Under the pieces are notes generated by a model. It was not told the DNA's origin. It was given only the letters and a program-made list of their open reading frames with translations, and made no database searches. The position numbers and the translations under genes are program-made. From an uncultured Gemmatimonadales bacterium (GTDB lineage: Bacteria > Gemmatimonadota > Gemmatimonadetes > Gemmatimonadales > GWC2-71-9), in NCBI GenBank assembly GCA_963798915.1, contig CAWCVB010000002.1:288001-352000 (forward strand): DNA of 64,000 bases, given 5' to 3'. Shown here piece after piece: positions 37,125 through 45,904 of the stretch; within the stretch, counting starts at the first letter, position 1; every line of letters begins with the position of its first letter.

Positions 37125-39149
37125 ATGGTATCCGTGTTCGAGGCCCGCCCGTCGAGGGGCCGATTCAGCAGGCATGCGATGCTCGCCGCGTCGCTGGCCA
37201 CCGGGCTGCTGCTCGCGTCGGCCTGCTCGCAGTCCACCTCCTCGTCGTACAGCACCTCGCCGGCCCCCTCGTCCTCATCGGCTTCGAGCAACATGGCCAT
37301 GTCGGCGCCCAGCCCCGATCCGCGGGTAGGGCTGAAGGCCGGCCTGCAGGATGCGGAAGAAGCGTCCTGGAACCTCACTGTGGTCTCCCAGACGCCCAAG
37401 CCCGACGGCTTTGACAACACCAATTCCGACCTCGCCTTCCTGGGCAAGTATGCCATCCAGGGCAATTACAACGGCTGGCAGATCTGGGACATTTCCAATC
37501 CCAAGCAGCCACGGCTTGAGACCGGCTACATCTGTCCGGCCTCGCAGAGCGATGTCTCGGTCTACCGGAACCTGCTGTTCATTTCCGGTGAGGGCCTGGG
37601 TGGCCGGATCGACTGCGGCACCGAGGGCGTGCAGGATACGGTGAGCAGCGAGCGGCTTCGCGGCCTCCGCATCTTCGATATCAGCGACATCGCCCATCCG
37701 CGGAACGTCGGTAATGTGCAGACCTGCCGTGGCTCGCACACCCATACCGTGGTGGTCGATCCCAAGGATACCGAGAATGTGTACGTGTACATCTCGGGCT
37801 CGTCGCGGGTGCGTTCGCCCAGCGAGCTGCCGGGCTGCAGCAACGAGTCGCCAGAGGAGGATCCCAACTCGGCCCACTTCCGCATCGAGGTCATCAAGGT
37901 GCCGGTGGCGCATCCCGAGCAGGCGGCCATCGTGAGCTCGCCCCGGATCTTCAATGACCTGGCCGCGCCGCCCCAGCATGGCGAGTCGCCGGCGGACAAG
38001 GCCAGGATCGAAGAGGCCAAGGCCAACGGCGCCTTTGTGGTCGACATCATGGGCCAGGAACAGGTGCTGCCTGACCGCTTTGCCAACAACATGCTGGACA
38101 GCCTGGTCAAGGCGCGGGGCGGCAGCGGTGCGGCGACGGCCGCCGACAGCGCCACGCTGCGTGCGGCACTCCCCGACCTGATCGCGAAGATGATCGGCCA
38201 GCGTCCCGGCCGGAAGCCGAGCGGTCCCGACCAGTGTCATGACATTACGGTATATCCGGCCATCGGGCTCGCGGGCGGCGCCTGCGGCGGCTATGGCCTG
38301 CTGCTCGACATCAGCGACCCGGCGCACCCGGTGCGCATCGATGCCGCGGCCGATTCCAACTTCTCCTACTGGCACTCGGCCACGTTCAACAACGACGGCA
38401 CCAAGGTCCTCTTCTCGGACGAGTGGGGCGGCGGCGGCCAGCCCAAGTGCCGCGCCACCGATCCGCACGAGTGGGGCGGTGACGCCATCTTCACGCTGGC
38501 CAACCGCAAGATGCATTTCCAGAGCTACTACAAGCTCCCCGCGCCGCAGACGAGCGAGGAAAACTGTGTGGCCCACAATGGCTCGCTCATCCCGATCCCG
38601 GGCCGGGACGTGATGGTGCAGGCCTGGTACCAGGGCGGCATCTCGGTCTTCGACTGGACCGATGCCTCGCATCCGACGGAAATCGCCTTCTTTGACCGCG
38701 GCCCGATCGACTCGACCCACATGGTCAGCGGCGGCTCGTGGTCGGCGTACTGGTACAACGGCGTGATCGTCAGTTCCGAGATCGCCCGCGGGCTCGACAT
38801 CTTCGAGCTCACGCCCAGCGCGTTTCTGTCCCGCAATGAGATCGAGGCCGCGCGCTCGGTGCATCTCGACTACATGAACACCCAGGGCCAGCCCCAGTTC
38901 GTGTGGCCCGCTTCCTTTGCGCTTGCGCGGTCGTATGTGGATCAGCTGGAGCGGTCCAAGGGGCTGAGCACGAGCCGCATTGCGGCGGTGCGCCAGGCGC
39001 TGGACGGAGCGGAGAAGGCCACCGGATCGAGCCGCAGCGATGCGCTCAACGCGCTGGCCAGCTCACTGCAGAAGGATGCCGGCGGCTCCAGTGATGCCGC
39101 CAAGGTCAAGAAGCTGTCCGGTGCAGTGAAGGACCTGGCCGGGATGTAA
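37125..39149 (+). CDS. LVIVD-repeat beta-propeller lipoprotein
   Basis: NSDLAF, WDISNP, IFDISD, CRGSHTHT, CHDIT, CVAHNG; commonly paired with DUF305. Confidence 0.8.
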   Translation: MVSVFEARPSRGRFSRHAMLAASLATGLLLASACSQSTSSSYSTSPAPSSSSASSNMAMSAPSPDPRVGLKAGLQDAEEASWNLTVVSQTPKPDGFDNTNSDLAFLGKYAIQGNYNGWQIWDISNPKQPRLETGYICPASQSDVSVYRNLLFISGEGLGGRIDCGTEGVQDTVSSERLRGLRIFDISDIAHPRNVGNVQTCRGSHTHTVVVDPKDTENVYVYISGSSRVRSPSELPGCSNESPEEDPNSAHFRIEVIKVPVAHPEQAAIVSSPRIFNDLAAPPQHGESPADKARIEEAKANGAFVVDIMGQEQVLPDRFANNMLDSLVKARGGSGAATAADSATLRAALPDLIAKMIGQRPGRKPSGPDQCHDITVYPAIGLAGGACGGYGLLLDISDPAHPVRIDAAADSNFSYWHSATFNNDGTKVLFSDEWGGGGQPKCRATDPHEWGGDAIFTLANRKMHFQSYYKLPAPQTSEENCVAHNGSLIPIPGRDVMVQAWYQGGISVFDWTDASHPTEIAFFDRGPIDSTHMVSGGSWSAYWYNGVIVSSEIARGLDIFELTPSAFLSRNEIEAARSVHLDYMNTQGQPQFVWPASFALARSYVDQLERSKGLSTSRIAAVRQALDGAEKATGSSRSDALNALASSLQKDAGGSSDAAKVKKLSGAVKDLAGM

Positions 39150-39225
39150 GCTGCGGGGGCGGCCTGCGGCCGCCTGTTGGACGCGACGCCGGTGAGTGCA
39201 GCGATGCATTCGCCGGCGTTTTTTC

Positions 39226-39458
39226 AGGACGGGCAGGACGGGCAGGACGGGCGGGAGGAAAGGGCGAAGCCCGTAGGGGCGGGTCTCAGACCCGCCCCAC
39301 CATTGGCACACGTCCCTATGCCGGCATGATTCGACGAACGGGTGGGCGGGTCGACGCTTGCCCAATGGTCACCCGCGGTGGAACCCGATCCCGCATGGCA
39401 CCGGTAGGAGCACGGCATGCCGTGTCCCTACGATGTGTCACCCTGAGCGAGCGAAGGG
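39226..39458. repeat. Repeat cluster: GGGCAGGAC nonamers, GTAG-REPs (39273-39300, 39404-39431), TGTCACCCTGAGC REP (39436-39458)
   Basis: GTAGGGGCGGGTCTCAGACCCGCCCC and GTAGGAGCACGGCATGCCGTGTCCCTAC hairpins. Confidence 0.8.
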
Positions 39459-39470
39459 CCCGAAGCGTGG

Positions 39471-40234
39471 CTACCGCTTTGATCTCACGCTGAACGTGAC
39501 GCGCTGGAAGACCCGGACCCGCACGGGGACGCCGTCCAGGATTCCGGGCATGTACCGGCTGCGCATCAGGCCGTGGTATGCGACATTCGCGAAGGTTGAA
39601 TCAGTGAAGAAAAGGGCCGCGGGATATCCATCTTGCCGGCCTTGAGCAACCGGGGCTCCGCCGTGACGCGGCTGGCATCCAGCGGATCCCGGGCGGGCAC
39701 CGAGGGGATAACTGGCACAGGCGAAAGGCGGCTCGACGCCGCCGTCACAAAGAGCGCTTCTATCAGCGCGTTGGCTTCGCTGGCACTGGCATCAACCGCC
39801 CACGGCGTCGTGTCGTCCGTATCGAGAAATACCAGCTGCGGGCGCTCTGACCAGCCCGATCCCTTCCGCTTGCGCAGCACGATGAGCCAACTGCTGTCGG
39901 TGCTGTACATCGGCGGCGTGCGCAGATCGGGCACTGAGTCGCCCTCGACGCGCTGGCGGTAGCTCACCACCGCATGGGCCAGATTGATCCAGTTGGTCAA
40001 TGTGTCGGGGTCAAAGTCGGCGTGGAATGCGTGACGTGTACCGTTGTAGCCGACCGACGCCGTACCGGCCCAGAGCTGCAGCCCGTACGCAGTGTCGGCC
40101 CGGACCAGCACATTCACCGGCCCCCACGAAAATTGTCGCAGGCTGGAGTCGGCGTGCCAGGTCTGCGCCTCACAGGGCGAGACGCCAGCGAGTAGCAGCG
40201 CGGCCGCGAGCCTACCGAATCGCCGTCCGATCAT
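39471..40234 (-). pseudogene. Secreted protein with a degraded TonB C-terminal domain (frameshift ~39629, apparent internal deletion)
   Basis: After the shift it reads YPAAL-FFTDSTF..LMRSRYMPGILDGVPVRVRVFQRVTF; the central TonB_C strands are missing. Confidence 0.55.
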
Positions 40235-41154
40235 GACGGAACCTCCCTCTTCTCAATCCCCAACCCCCAACCCCCGACCCCCAACCCCTGACCCCCCATC
40301 CCGTTCACCGCCCGCATGATTCGCCCCACGGTGCCCACTTTGAGTCCGTCTTCTCGACCGGCAAAAAATCCTTCGTTGATCATCGCCTGCGAGAAATCGG
40401 TGACCTCCTGAAAACCGAGCTCCTGCAGCTCGGTGATCAGCGCCGCGGGATCGAAATAGGTCCGCCACGGTTCGCCGATTGCCTTGAGCCGGCGCCGCCG
40501 GAGCGCGAGAAGCAACCGCACCATGATGGGCTGGGTCTGGGGTGGGACAAAGTAATCGAATACGATGCCGCCACCGGTGGCCGCCGCTTGGGCCACGAAT
40601 GCAAAGGTTGCGTCAATGGCGGGACGTTCGAGATACGGTGTGACACCGAGCCAGGAAAAGAATGTGGGCGCGGCCAGGTTCAGGCCGGCGGCAACGAGCG
40701 CGTCTTCCAGGCCATGGCGCGCAAAGTCCACCGGCACGAACGGCTCGGGTGAGGGAACCGCAATATGTCCCTGCGTCAGGCGCTCGCGCTTCCAGCCCTG
40801 GGTCGCCGGATGGTCCACTTCCCAGACACGCAGCCCGGGCCAGGGATTCCGGTAGGCAAAGGTGTCGAGTCCGGCACCAAGTACTACATACTGTCGGAGT
40901 CCCTGGCTCACGAGTTCGGCGAGTGTGTCCTCCGCGATCCGGCTCCGCGCCGCCAGAAAAGCGCGAAGGAAGCGGTCCGAAACGCGATGCGCTCGGAAAT
41001 TGGGATTCCGTTCCAGGGCCCTCGCCATGTCGGGACCCAGGATCCGCAAACCCAGCGGATCGACGAAAACCGGCGGCTGGTCAAGGAGCTGGTGCGCAGC
41101 CCGGCGTGCTGCCACAAGCCAGGCGGTACGGCTGGGGGATCGGAGGGTGGTCAT
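40231..41154 (-). CDS. Class I SAM-dependent methyltransferase (LCM/TIGR00027-like)
   Basis: TAWLVAARRA, QYVVLGAGLDTFAYR, WEVDHPATQ.WK, SWLGVTPYL. Confidence 0.9.
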   Translation of the reverse strand: MTTLRSPSRTAWLVAARRAAHQLLDQPPVFVDPLGLRILGPDMARALERNPNFRAHRVSDRFLRAFLAARSRIAEDTLAELVSQGLRQYVVLGAGLDTFAYRNPWPGLRVWEVDHPATQGWKRERLTQGHIAVPSPEPFVPVDFARHGLEDALVAAGLNLAAPTFFSWLGVTPYLERPAIDATFAFVAQAAATGGGIVFDYFVPPQTQPIMVRLLLALRRRRLKAIGEPWRTYFDPAALITELQELGFQEVTDFSQAMINEGFFAGREDGLKVGTVGRIMRAVNGMGGQGLGVGGWGLGIEKREVPS

Positions 41155-41189
41155 GAGTCACGGGTCGCGGGCCATGTCATTGCGATTCA

Positions 41190-41272
41190 TGTCATCCTGA
41201 GCGAAGCGAAGGATCTGCTCGCCCGCTTTCGGAGCCAGACTGGCAAGATTCCTCGCTCCGCTCGGAATGACA
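41190..41272. repeat. Inverted TGTCATCCTGAGCGAAGCGAAGGATCT REP pair
   Basis: Second arm AGATTCCTCGCTCCGCTCGGAATGACA; same family as 33027-33116. Confidence 0.85.
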
Positions 41273-41292
41273 CACTTTCCCGCGACCCTTGC

Positions 41293-41829
41293 CTACTCTT
41301 CCTTCTGATTCGCCGTCGGCGGCAGCAGCCCGTTGAACCGGAGATAGATGGCGAGCTGGCTGTAGTGGTCGGCCCAGTCCGCCACTGTGACTACCATGAC
41401 GGTGGCGCGGCTCGACTTCCGCCCTCCAAAGAACGGCAGCTCTTCCGCCAGGTTCGAGTCGTCCAGCTTGGCCAGCGCCTGGTCACAGAAGGCAAATGTC
41501 TCCTTCACCAGCGAGACCAGCTCGGCCTTGGCCGCCGTGTCGGCCACTTCCGTCCGCTTGGGCGCCTTCATGCCCCCGATCGTGCCGCAGAGGAAGTCGT
41601 TTCCCTCGGCCAGATGATTGGCGATCTGGCCCACGCTCATCTGGGCCGGTGTCGGCTTGTAGCCGAACTTGTCGGCCGGCATCGCCTCGAGCGCGGCGAC
41701 GAGGTTCTTCCCCGCCCGGGCGGCGTCGGACCTGAACGCCTCCGCGACCGGATTCTTCGACTGGGCCGACAGCGGCTGCGCCGCCAGGATGCCGACCAGC
41801 AGTCCCGCCGTACAGATGGATACTCGCAT
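41293..41829 (-). CDS. Secreted DinB family protein
   Basis: Signal peptide; AMPADKFGYKPTP, HLAEGN, DHYSQLAIYLR. Confidence 0.85.
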   Translation of the reverse strand: MRVSICTAGLLVGILAAQPLSAQSKNPVAEAFRSDAARAGKNLVAALEAMPADKFGYKPTPAQMSVGQIANHLAEGNDFLCGTIGGMKAPKRTEVADTAAKAELVSLVKETFAFCDQALAKLDDSNLAEELPFFGGRKSSRATVMVVTVADWADHYSQLAIYLRFNGLLPPTANQKEE

Positions 41830-41885
41830 GGCACTATCCCACGTTGAGGTTGCAATGATGTTGCTTCCGGTTGGGGGTTTCGGCT

Positions 41886-42122
41886 AGTGGGGAATAGGGA
41901 ATGGGGAATAGGGGTTAGGGAATGGGGGTCAGGGCGGAACACTGACGCTCGTCACTCGACCCTAACCCATGGATTCCAGCTTGCGCTGGAATGACGAATG
42001 GTCAAGACTCGTGACCCGTGACCCGTGACCCGTGACCCGTGACCCGTGACCCGTGACCCGCGACCCGCGACCCGTGACCCGTGACCCGTGACTCATGACT
42101 CATGACTCATGACTCACGACCC
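41886..42122. repeat. GGGGAAT-like heptamers, a CGTC-REP (41970-41996) and a ~16-unit GTGACCC/ATGACTC heptamer array (42011-42122)
   Basis: Direct inspection. Confidence 0.9.
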
Positions 42123-42949
42123 GATTCAAAGGCATCATTCAGCGCCGCACCCGAAATCACGCCCGCCAGATGCGTGAAGCGGCCGTGCGTGGCGATTTCG
42201 GTGGCGGCATCCATGAAGGCCGCCCAGGCGGTGCGGGCCAGCGCGCCACCCACGCTGATCCGGCGCACACCCAGCTCAGCCAGTTGGCTGACGCTCGCAA
42301 AGTCGGTGCTCACCAGCACGTTTACCGGTTTGGGAGCCACTGCCCGGACCACCTCGGTAATCTGCTCCAGCCCCCTGATGCCCGGTGCGTACAGGCAATC
42401 GGCACCGGCCTCGGCGAAGGCGGTGAGCCGGCGAATGGTCTCGTCCAGGTCGGGCCGGCCGACGATGAAGCCCTCGGTACGCGCAGTCAGCAGCACGCCG
42501 GTATCGCTCTCGTCCAGCGCGCGCCGAGCGGCGCGGACCCGTGCCACGGCCAGCTCGAAGTCGAACAGGGGATTGGCGATGTCGCCAGTGGAATCCTCGA
42601 TCGACAGCCCGGCAATGCCGGTGTCCGAGGCCAGCAGCACATGCTTGGCGACATCCATCGGCTCCACTGCAAAGCCGCCTTCAAAATCCGCGTTGACCGG
42701 CACCGACACCGCCGATGCGATGGCCCTGAGATGTGCCAGGACTTCGTCGAGCGACATGCGATTGTCGGCCCGCCCGGCAGACCACGCGAACCCCGAACTG
42801 GTGGTCGCCAGCGCGGCAAACCCCAACCGCTCGAGCATCCGGGCGCTGCCCACATCCCACGGATTGGGCATGACGAAGCAGCCGGCCTGGTGCAGGGCGC
42901 GGAAGACCGCCAGCTTGTTCGATGTGATTTGGAGTCGCTCTTCCTGCAT
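42107..42949 (-). CDS. Isocitrate lyase/PEP mutase family protein
   Basis: MPNPWDVGSAR, LATTSSG, VNADFEGGF, SIED, AGADCLYAPG, RRISVGG. Confidence 0.9.
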   Translation of the reverse strand: MQEERLQITSNKLAVFRALHQAGCFVMPNPWDVGSARMLERLGFAALATTSSGFAWSAGRADNRMSLDEVLAHLRAIASAVSVPVNADFEGGFAVEPMDVAKHVLLASDTGIAGLSIEDSTGDIANPLFDFELAVARVRAARRALDESDTGVLLTARTEGFIVGRPDLDETIRRLTAFAEAGADCLYAPGIRGLEQITEVVRAVAPKPVNVLVSTDFASVSQLAELGVRRISVGGALARTAWAAFMDAATEIATHGRFTHLAGVISGAALNDAFESGRES

Positions 42950-43076
42950 GCCTGCCTCGGGTTCTGGGGACGGCTCGGCGGCTTGGCGAGCTTCGGCCTG
43001 CCCATTCCGCCGCCCCGCACATTCTGCCGCTGATCCTCTGGCGTCAAGGCGCCGCGTCCAGCGGTGGCCGATGCCG

Positions 43077-43119
43077 GGTCCGGATCCGGCGAGCGGATGG
43101 GCGGCCGCCCGACCAGATT
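43077..43119 (+). promoter_or_regulatory. Box C + -10-like: GGTCCGGATCCGGCGAG-N20-CAGATT
   Basis: Same geometry as box B, including a start codon (GTG 43126) 7 nt after the hexamer. Confidence 0.55.
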
Positions 43120-43125
43120 ATCCGG

Positions 43126-44649
43126 GTGACCAGCATGCCGACTGACATTCCGTTCCCGCTATCGGGGCTCACGCCCGACGCCTGCGTGCGCGCGCTGGCC
43201 GCTCGGGATCCCCGCTTTGACGGGCTCTTCTTCGTGGGCATCACGTCCACCCGGATCTACTGCCGGCCCGTGTGTCCGGCGCGAGTTTCGCACACCGATC
43301 GCCGGCGGTTCTTCCAGTCGCCGGCCGCGGCGGAACAGGCCGGTTACCGCCCATGCCTCCGGTGCCGGCCCGAACTGGCGCCCGGCCGAGCCCCGGTGGA
43401 TGCGGTGTCCCGGCTGGGCGCGGCGGCAGCCCGCCGCATCGAATCAGGCGCACTCAACGGGCACAGCGTCACTGAACTCGCCAAAACGCTCGGCGTCAGC
43501 GCCCGGCATCTGCGGCGCGCGCTCGATCGCGAGTACGGCGTGTCTCCCAGCGAACTGGCACAGACCTACCGCCTGCTGCTGGCCAAGCGGCTGCTGGCCG
43601 ACACCGCGCTCCCGGTCACAAGAATCGCCTTTGCCAGCGGGTTCCAGAGTCTTCGCCGGTTCAATGCCGCGTTCCGGGAACAATACCGGATGTCGCCCAG
43701 TTCGCTTCGTCGCGCACCCCATCCGAACGGTCGGCAGGAAGGCAGCGACGCTCAACTGCTCGATGATGCGCTGCACCTGACGCTGGCCTATCGGTCGCCC
43801 TTCGACTGGCGCGGCCTGCTGGCGGTGCTGGCGCGCGATGCGATTCCTGGCGTCGAATCGGTGTCAGGCGATTCATACAGCCGGACCGTTCGGCTGGATG
43901 GACACACCGGTTTCCTGACGGCGCGCGACGGCGATGGCCATCTCATCGTCCACATCTCCGCCTCGCTGGTTCCGGTGCTGATGCCGCTCCTGCCCGGGCT
44001 CCGGCGTCTGTTCGATCTTGACGCCGAACCGCTGGTCATCGACGACCACCTGGCGCGCACCGATCTCGCGCCGCTGGTGCAGCAGCGGCCAGGCGTGCGG
44101 CTGCCCGGAACCATCGATCCATTCGAGGTGGCGTTGGGCGTGATCTCGAGAGAGGGCAGTGCCCCGGGGAAGCGCTTGGCCCTGCTGCAGAGAATGATGG
44201 AGACGCTGGGTGATTCTTTTTCGGCGGGAGCACCCGACTTGCAATGGCTGGCGCCGAGCGCGGCGGTGGTGGCCCGAACGTCGTTGGCGGGACTCACGAG
44301 TGCCGGGCTTGACGATGCGGCCGGCAGGACCCTGCTGCGCGTGGCTCAACGAATGGCGGAGGGGTCCCTGTTGCTGGATGCCGGCGCTGATCCGGTTGCG
44401 GCACAGGCCGGGCTCACTGATGCGGGTGCGAGCGATGAGACGGCGACCCGGATCGTCATGCGGGCCCTCTACTGGCCTGACGCCTTTCCCGCCAGCAACC
44501 CCGCGCTGCTTGCGCGCACCGAGCCCTGGCGTCCGTGGCGGGCGTATGGTGCGACCCACCTGTGGCTGGCCCGAGGCGAGCGGCGCCGGCTGCGCCGCTC
44601 AGCCGATGGGCCGGCATTACGCCGCCAGCCGCAGCGCGGACTCGCCTGA
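43126..44649 (+). CDS. AdaA-AlkA paralog with intact Ada/AraC domains and a degenerate glycosylase domain
   Basis: YCRPVC, RPCLRCRPE and SGFQSLRRFN intact; GQQ motif and HhH GIG lost; DAFPASN instead of DAFPAGD. Confidence 0.85.
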   Translation: MTSMPTDIPFPLSGLTPDACVRALAARDPRFDGLFFVGITSTRIYCRPVCPARVSHTDRRRFFQSPAAAEQAGYRPCLRCRPELAPGRAPVDAVSRLGAAAARRIESGALNGHSVTELAKTLGVSARHLRRALDREYGVSPSELAQTYRLLLAKRLLADTALPVTRIAFASGFQSLRRFNAAFREQYRMSPSSLRRAPHPNGRQEGSDAQLLDDALHLTLAYRSPFDWRGLLAVLARDAIPGVESVSGDSYSRTVRLDGHTGFLTARDGDGHLIVHISASLVPVLMPLLPGLRRLFDLDAEPLVIDDHLARTDLAPLVQQRPGVRLPGTIDPFEVALGVISREGSAPGKRLALLQRMMETLGDSFSAGAPDLQWLAPSAAVVARTSLAGLTSAGLDDAAGRTLLRVAQRMAEGSLLLDAGADPVAAQAGLTDAGASDETATRIVMRALYWPDAFPASNPALLARTEPWRPWRAYGATHLWLARGERRRLRRSADGPALRRQPQRGLA

Positions 44650-45048
44650 CCAGCTGCGAGCCGGAAGCCGCCGCCACCGGGCGACGGCCACAGCTGCGGA
44701 AGCGATGCCGACGACGCCGGGCGTCAGCGCCTGAATTCCACCACCGATGGCCAGCGTGACACCGACGGCTCCACTCATGATGATCACCAGCCCGGCGGCG
44801 GCAAGCGGCGTCAGCTCCTGGCGGATGCGCAGCAGCCCCGGAAGGATGAGCCCAAGGGCGCCGAGTACCTCGACCACACCGATGAAGCGGAGGAAGCCGC
44901 CCGGCATCGGGATCTGCTGGGTGATGGCGGCGATCGGCATCACGAGCTTCATCCCGCCGGCAAAGAGAAAGAGGGCGGCCAGCAGGCCCTGAATGGTCCA
45001 CAGTGCGACAGCGGACTTGCGGCCGGTCGGCCGAGCGGGATTTGACAT
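44617..45048 (-). CDS. DoxX family membrane protein
   Basis: LWTIQGLLAALFLFAGGMKL, FIGVVEVLGALGLILPGL, LTPLAAAGL. Confidence 0.88.
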   Translation of the reverse strand: MSNPARPTGRKSAVALWTIQGLLAALFLFAGGMKLVMPIAAITQQIPMPGGFLRFIGVVEVLGALGLILPGLLRIRQELTPLAAAGLVIIMSGAVGVTLAIGGGIQALTPGVVGIASAAVAVARWRRLPARSWSGESALRLAA

Positions 45049-45119
45049 GGCGACGTCTCCTTCGGAGGACAGGTTGGGAGCCGCATGTCGGGCGACGGCC
45101 GCCCGGCGCATTGCCGGCT

Positions 45120-45668
45120 CTACCTGTACGTCGAAGGAGCCGGAGCGGAATCGACATGGCGCCGGAACACGATGTCGAACACCGTGCTCCAGGTCTTCCC
45201 GTCGTCAGCCGACCGCTCGGCTTTCTCCCTGACCGCGGCACCATCCTTCCACCAGACCGCCCGAATCAAAGTGGTGGAACCGTCGGGCCGGTGTTCCGGT
45301 GCAGTCAGCACCATTCGGCCATCCTTCAGGCCGCCTTCCAGTAGCAGCAGTGAGCCCCGGTTGGTGACCCAGCTCTGGTGCCACACGTTCCGGCTCGCGT
45401 CAAAAGTGCTGAAGCTCTCTCCCCGCAGGCCGTCGCGCTGCTCATAGACTTCGCGCAGGGCACAGCCGTCCACCATCGGGGTGACATGGTTCCGTGCCAC
45501 CACCGAGTCGGGCTCGGCTACGTCGTAGGTATCCCAGTCTCCAGCGAAGAAGTCGAACTGGTGGTATTCCGGCGCCCGGCATGCGGGCGCGGACTCGCGC
45601 TGCGACTGGCCGTGGGCCGTCATGCATGACGCAAGCAGTGTCACAACGACCACTCGGGGAAAGCGCAC
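45120..45668 (-). CDS. Secreted beta-barrel protein (DUF1579-like)
   Basis: Signal peptide; C..PEYHQFDFFAGDW, WHQSWV, ERSADDGKTW. Confidence 0.7.
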   Translation of the reverse strand: MRFPRVVVVTLLASCMTAHGQSQRESAPACRAPEYHQFDFFAGDWDTYDVAEPDSVVARNHVTPMVDGCALREVYEQRDGLRGESFSTFDASRNVWHQSWVTNRGSLLLLEGGLKDGRMVLTAPEHRPDGSTTLIRAVWWKDGAAVREKAERSADDGKTWSTVFDIVFRRHVDSAPAPSTYR

Positions 45669-45722
45669 GATCAGGATCTCCGCTCAGGTAGACGCCGAGG
45701 ATGCCAGGCATGAACCATGAAA

Positions 45723-45764
45723 ATTATACGGCATCAGTGGACATCCGCTGGCCGCATGCGGACC
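45723..45764 (-). promoter_or_regulatory. Box E + -10: GGTCCGCATGCGGCCAG-N19-TATAAT
   Basis: 14/17 identical to box C; perfect -10 hexamer. Confidence 0.55.
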
Positions 45765-45796
45765 TCGAATCATCGACGTGCATGCTCCTGATTTGA

Positions 45797-45839
45797 CGTC
45801 CGGATGCGGCGTGCTGCGGGGGGACGCGAGTGCTAGGGT
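45797..45839 (+). promoter_or_regulatory. Box D + -10: CGTCCGGATGCGGCGTG-N20-TAGGGT
   Basis: 14/17 identical to box C; same 20-nt spacing. Confidence 0.55.
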
Positions 45840-45904
45840 GTGCCAGGCGACGGAGCGTATGCGTGACGATCCGCGCGCTCCCCTTTCACTTTCTGGAGGA
45901 AGCA

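Noticed and set aside
42011..42122. Possible CRISPR array (also 55724-55890 and 53995-54095)
   Set aside because: Short tandem units without unique spacers; no cas genes in the window.
43064..43080. Minus-strand box for the PEP-mutase-family gene
   Set aside because: Poor match to GTCCG and no -10 hexamer at 19-20 nt.
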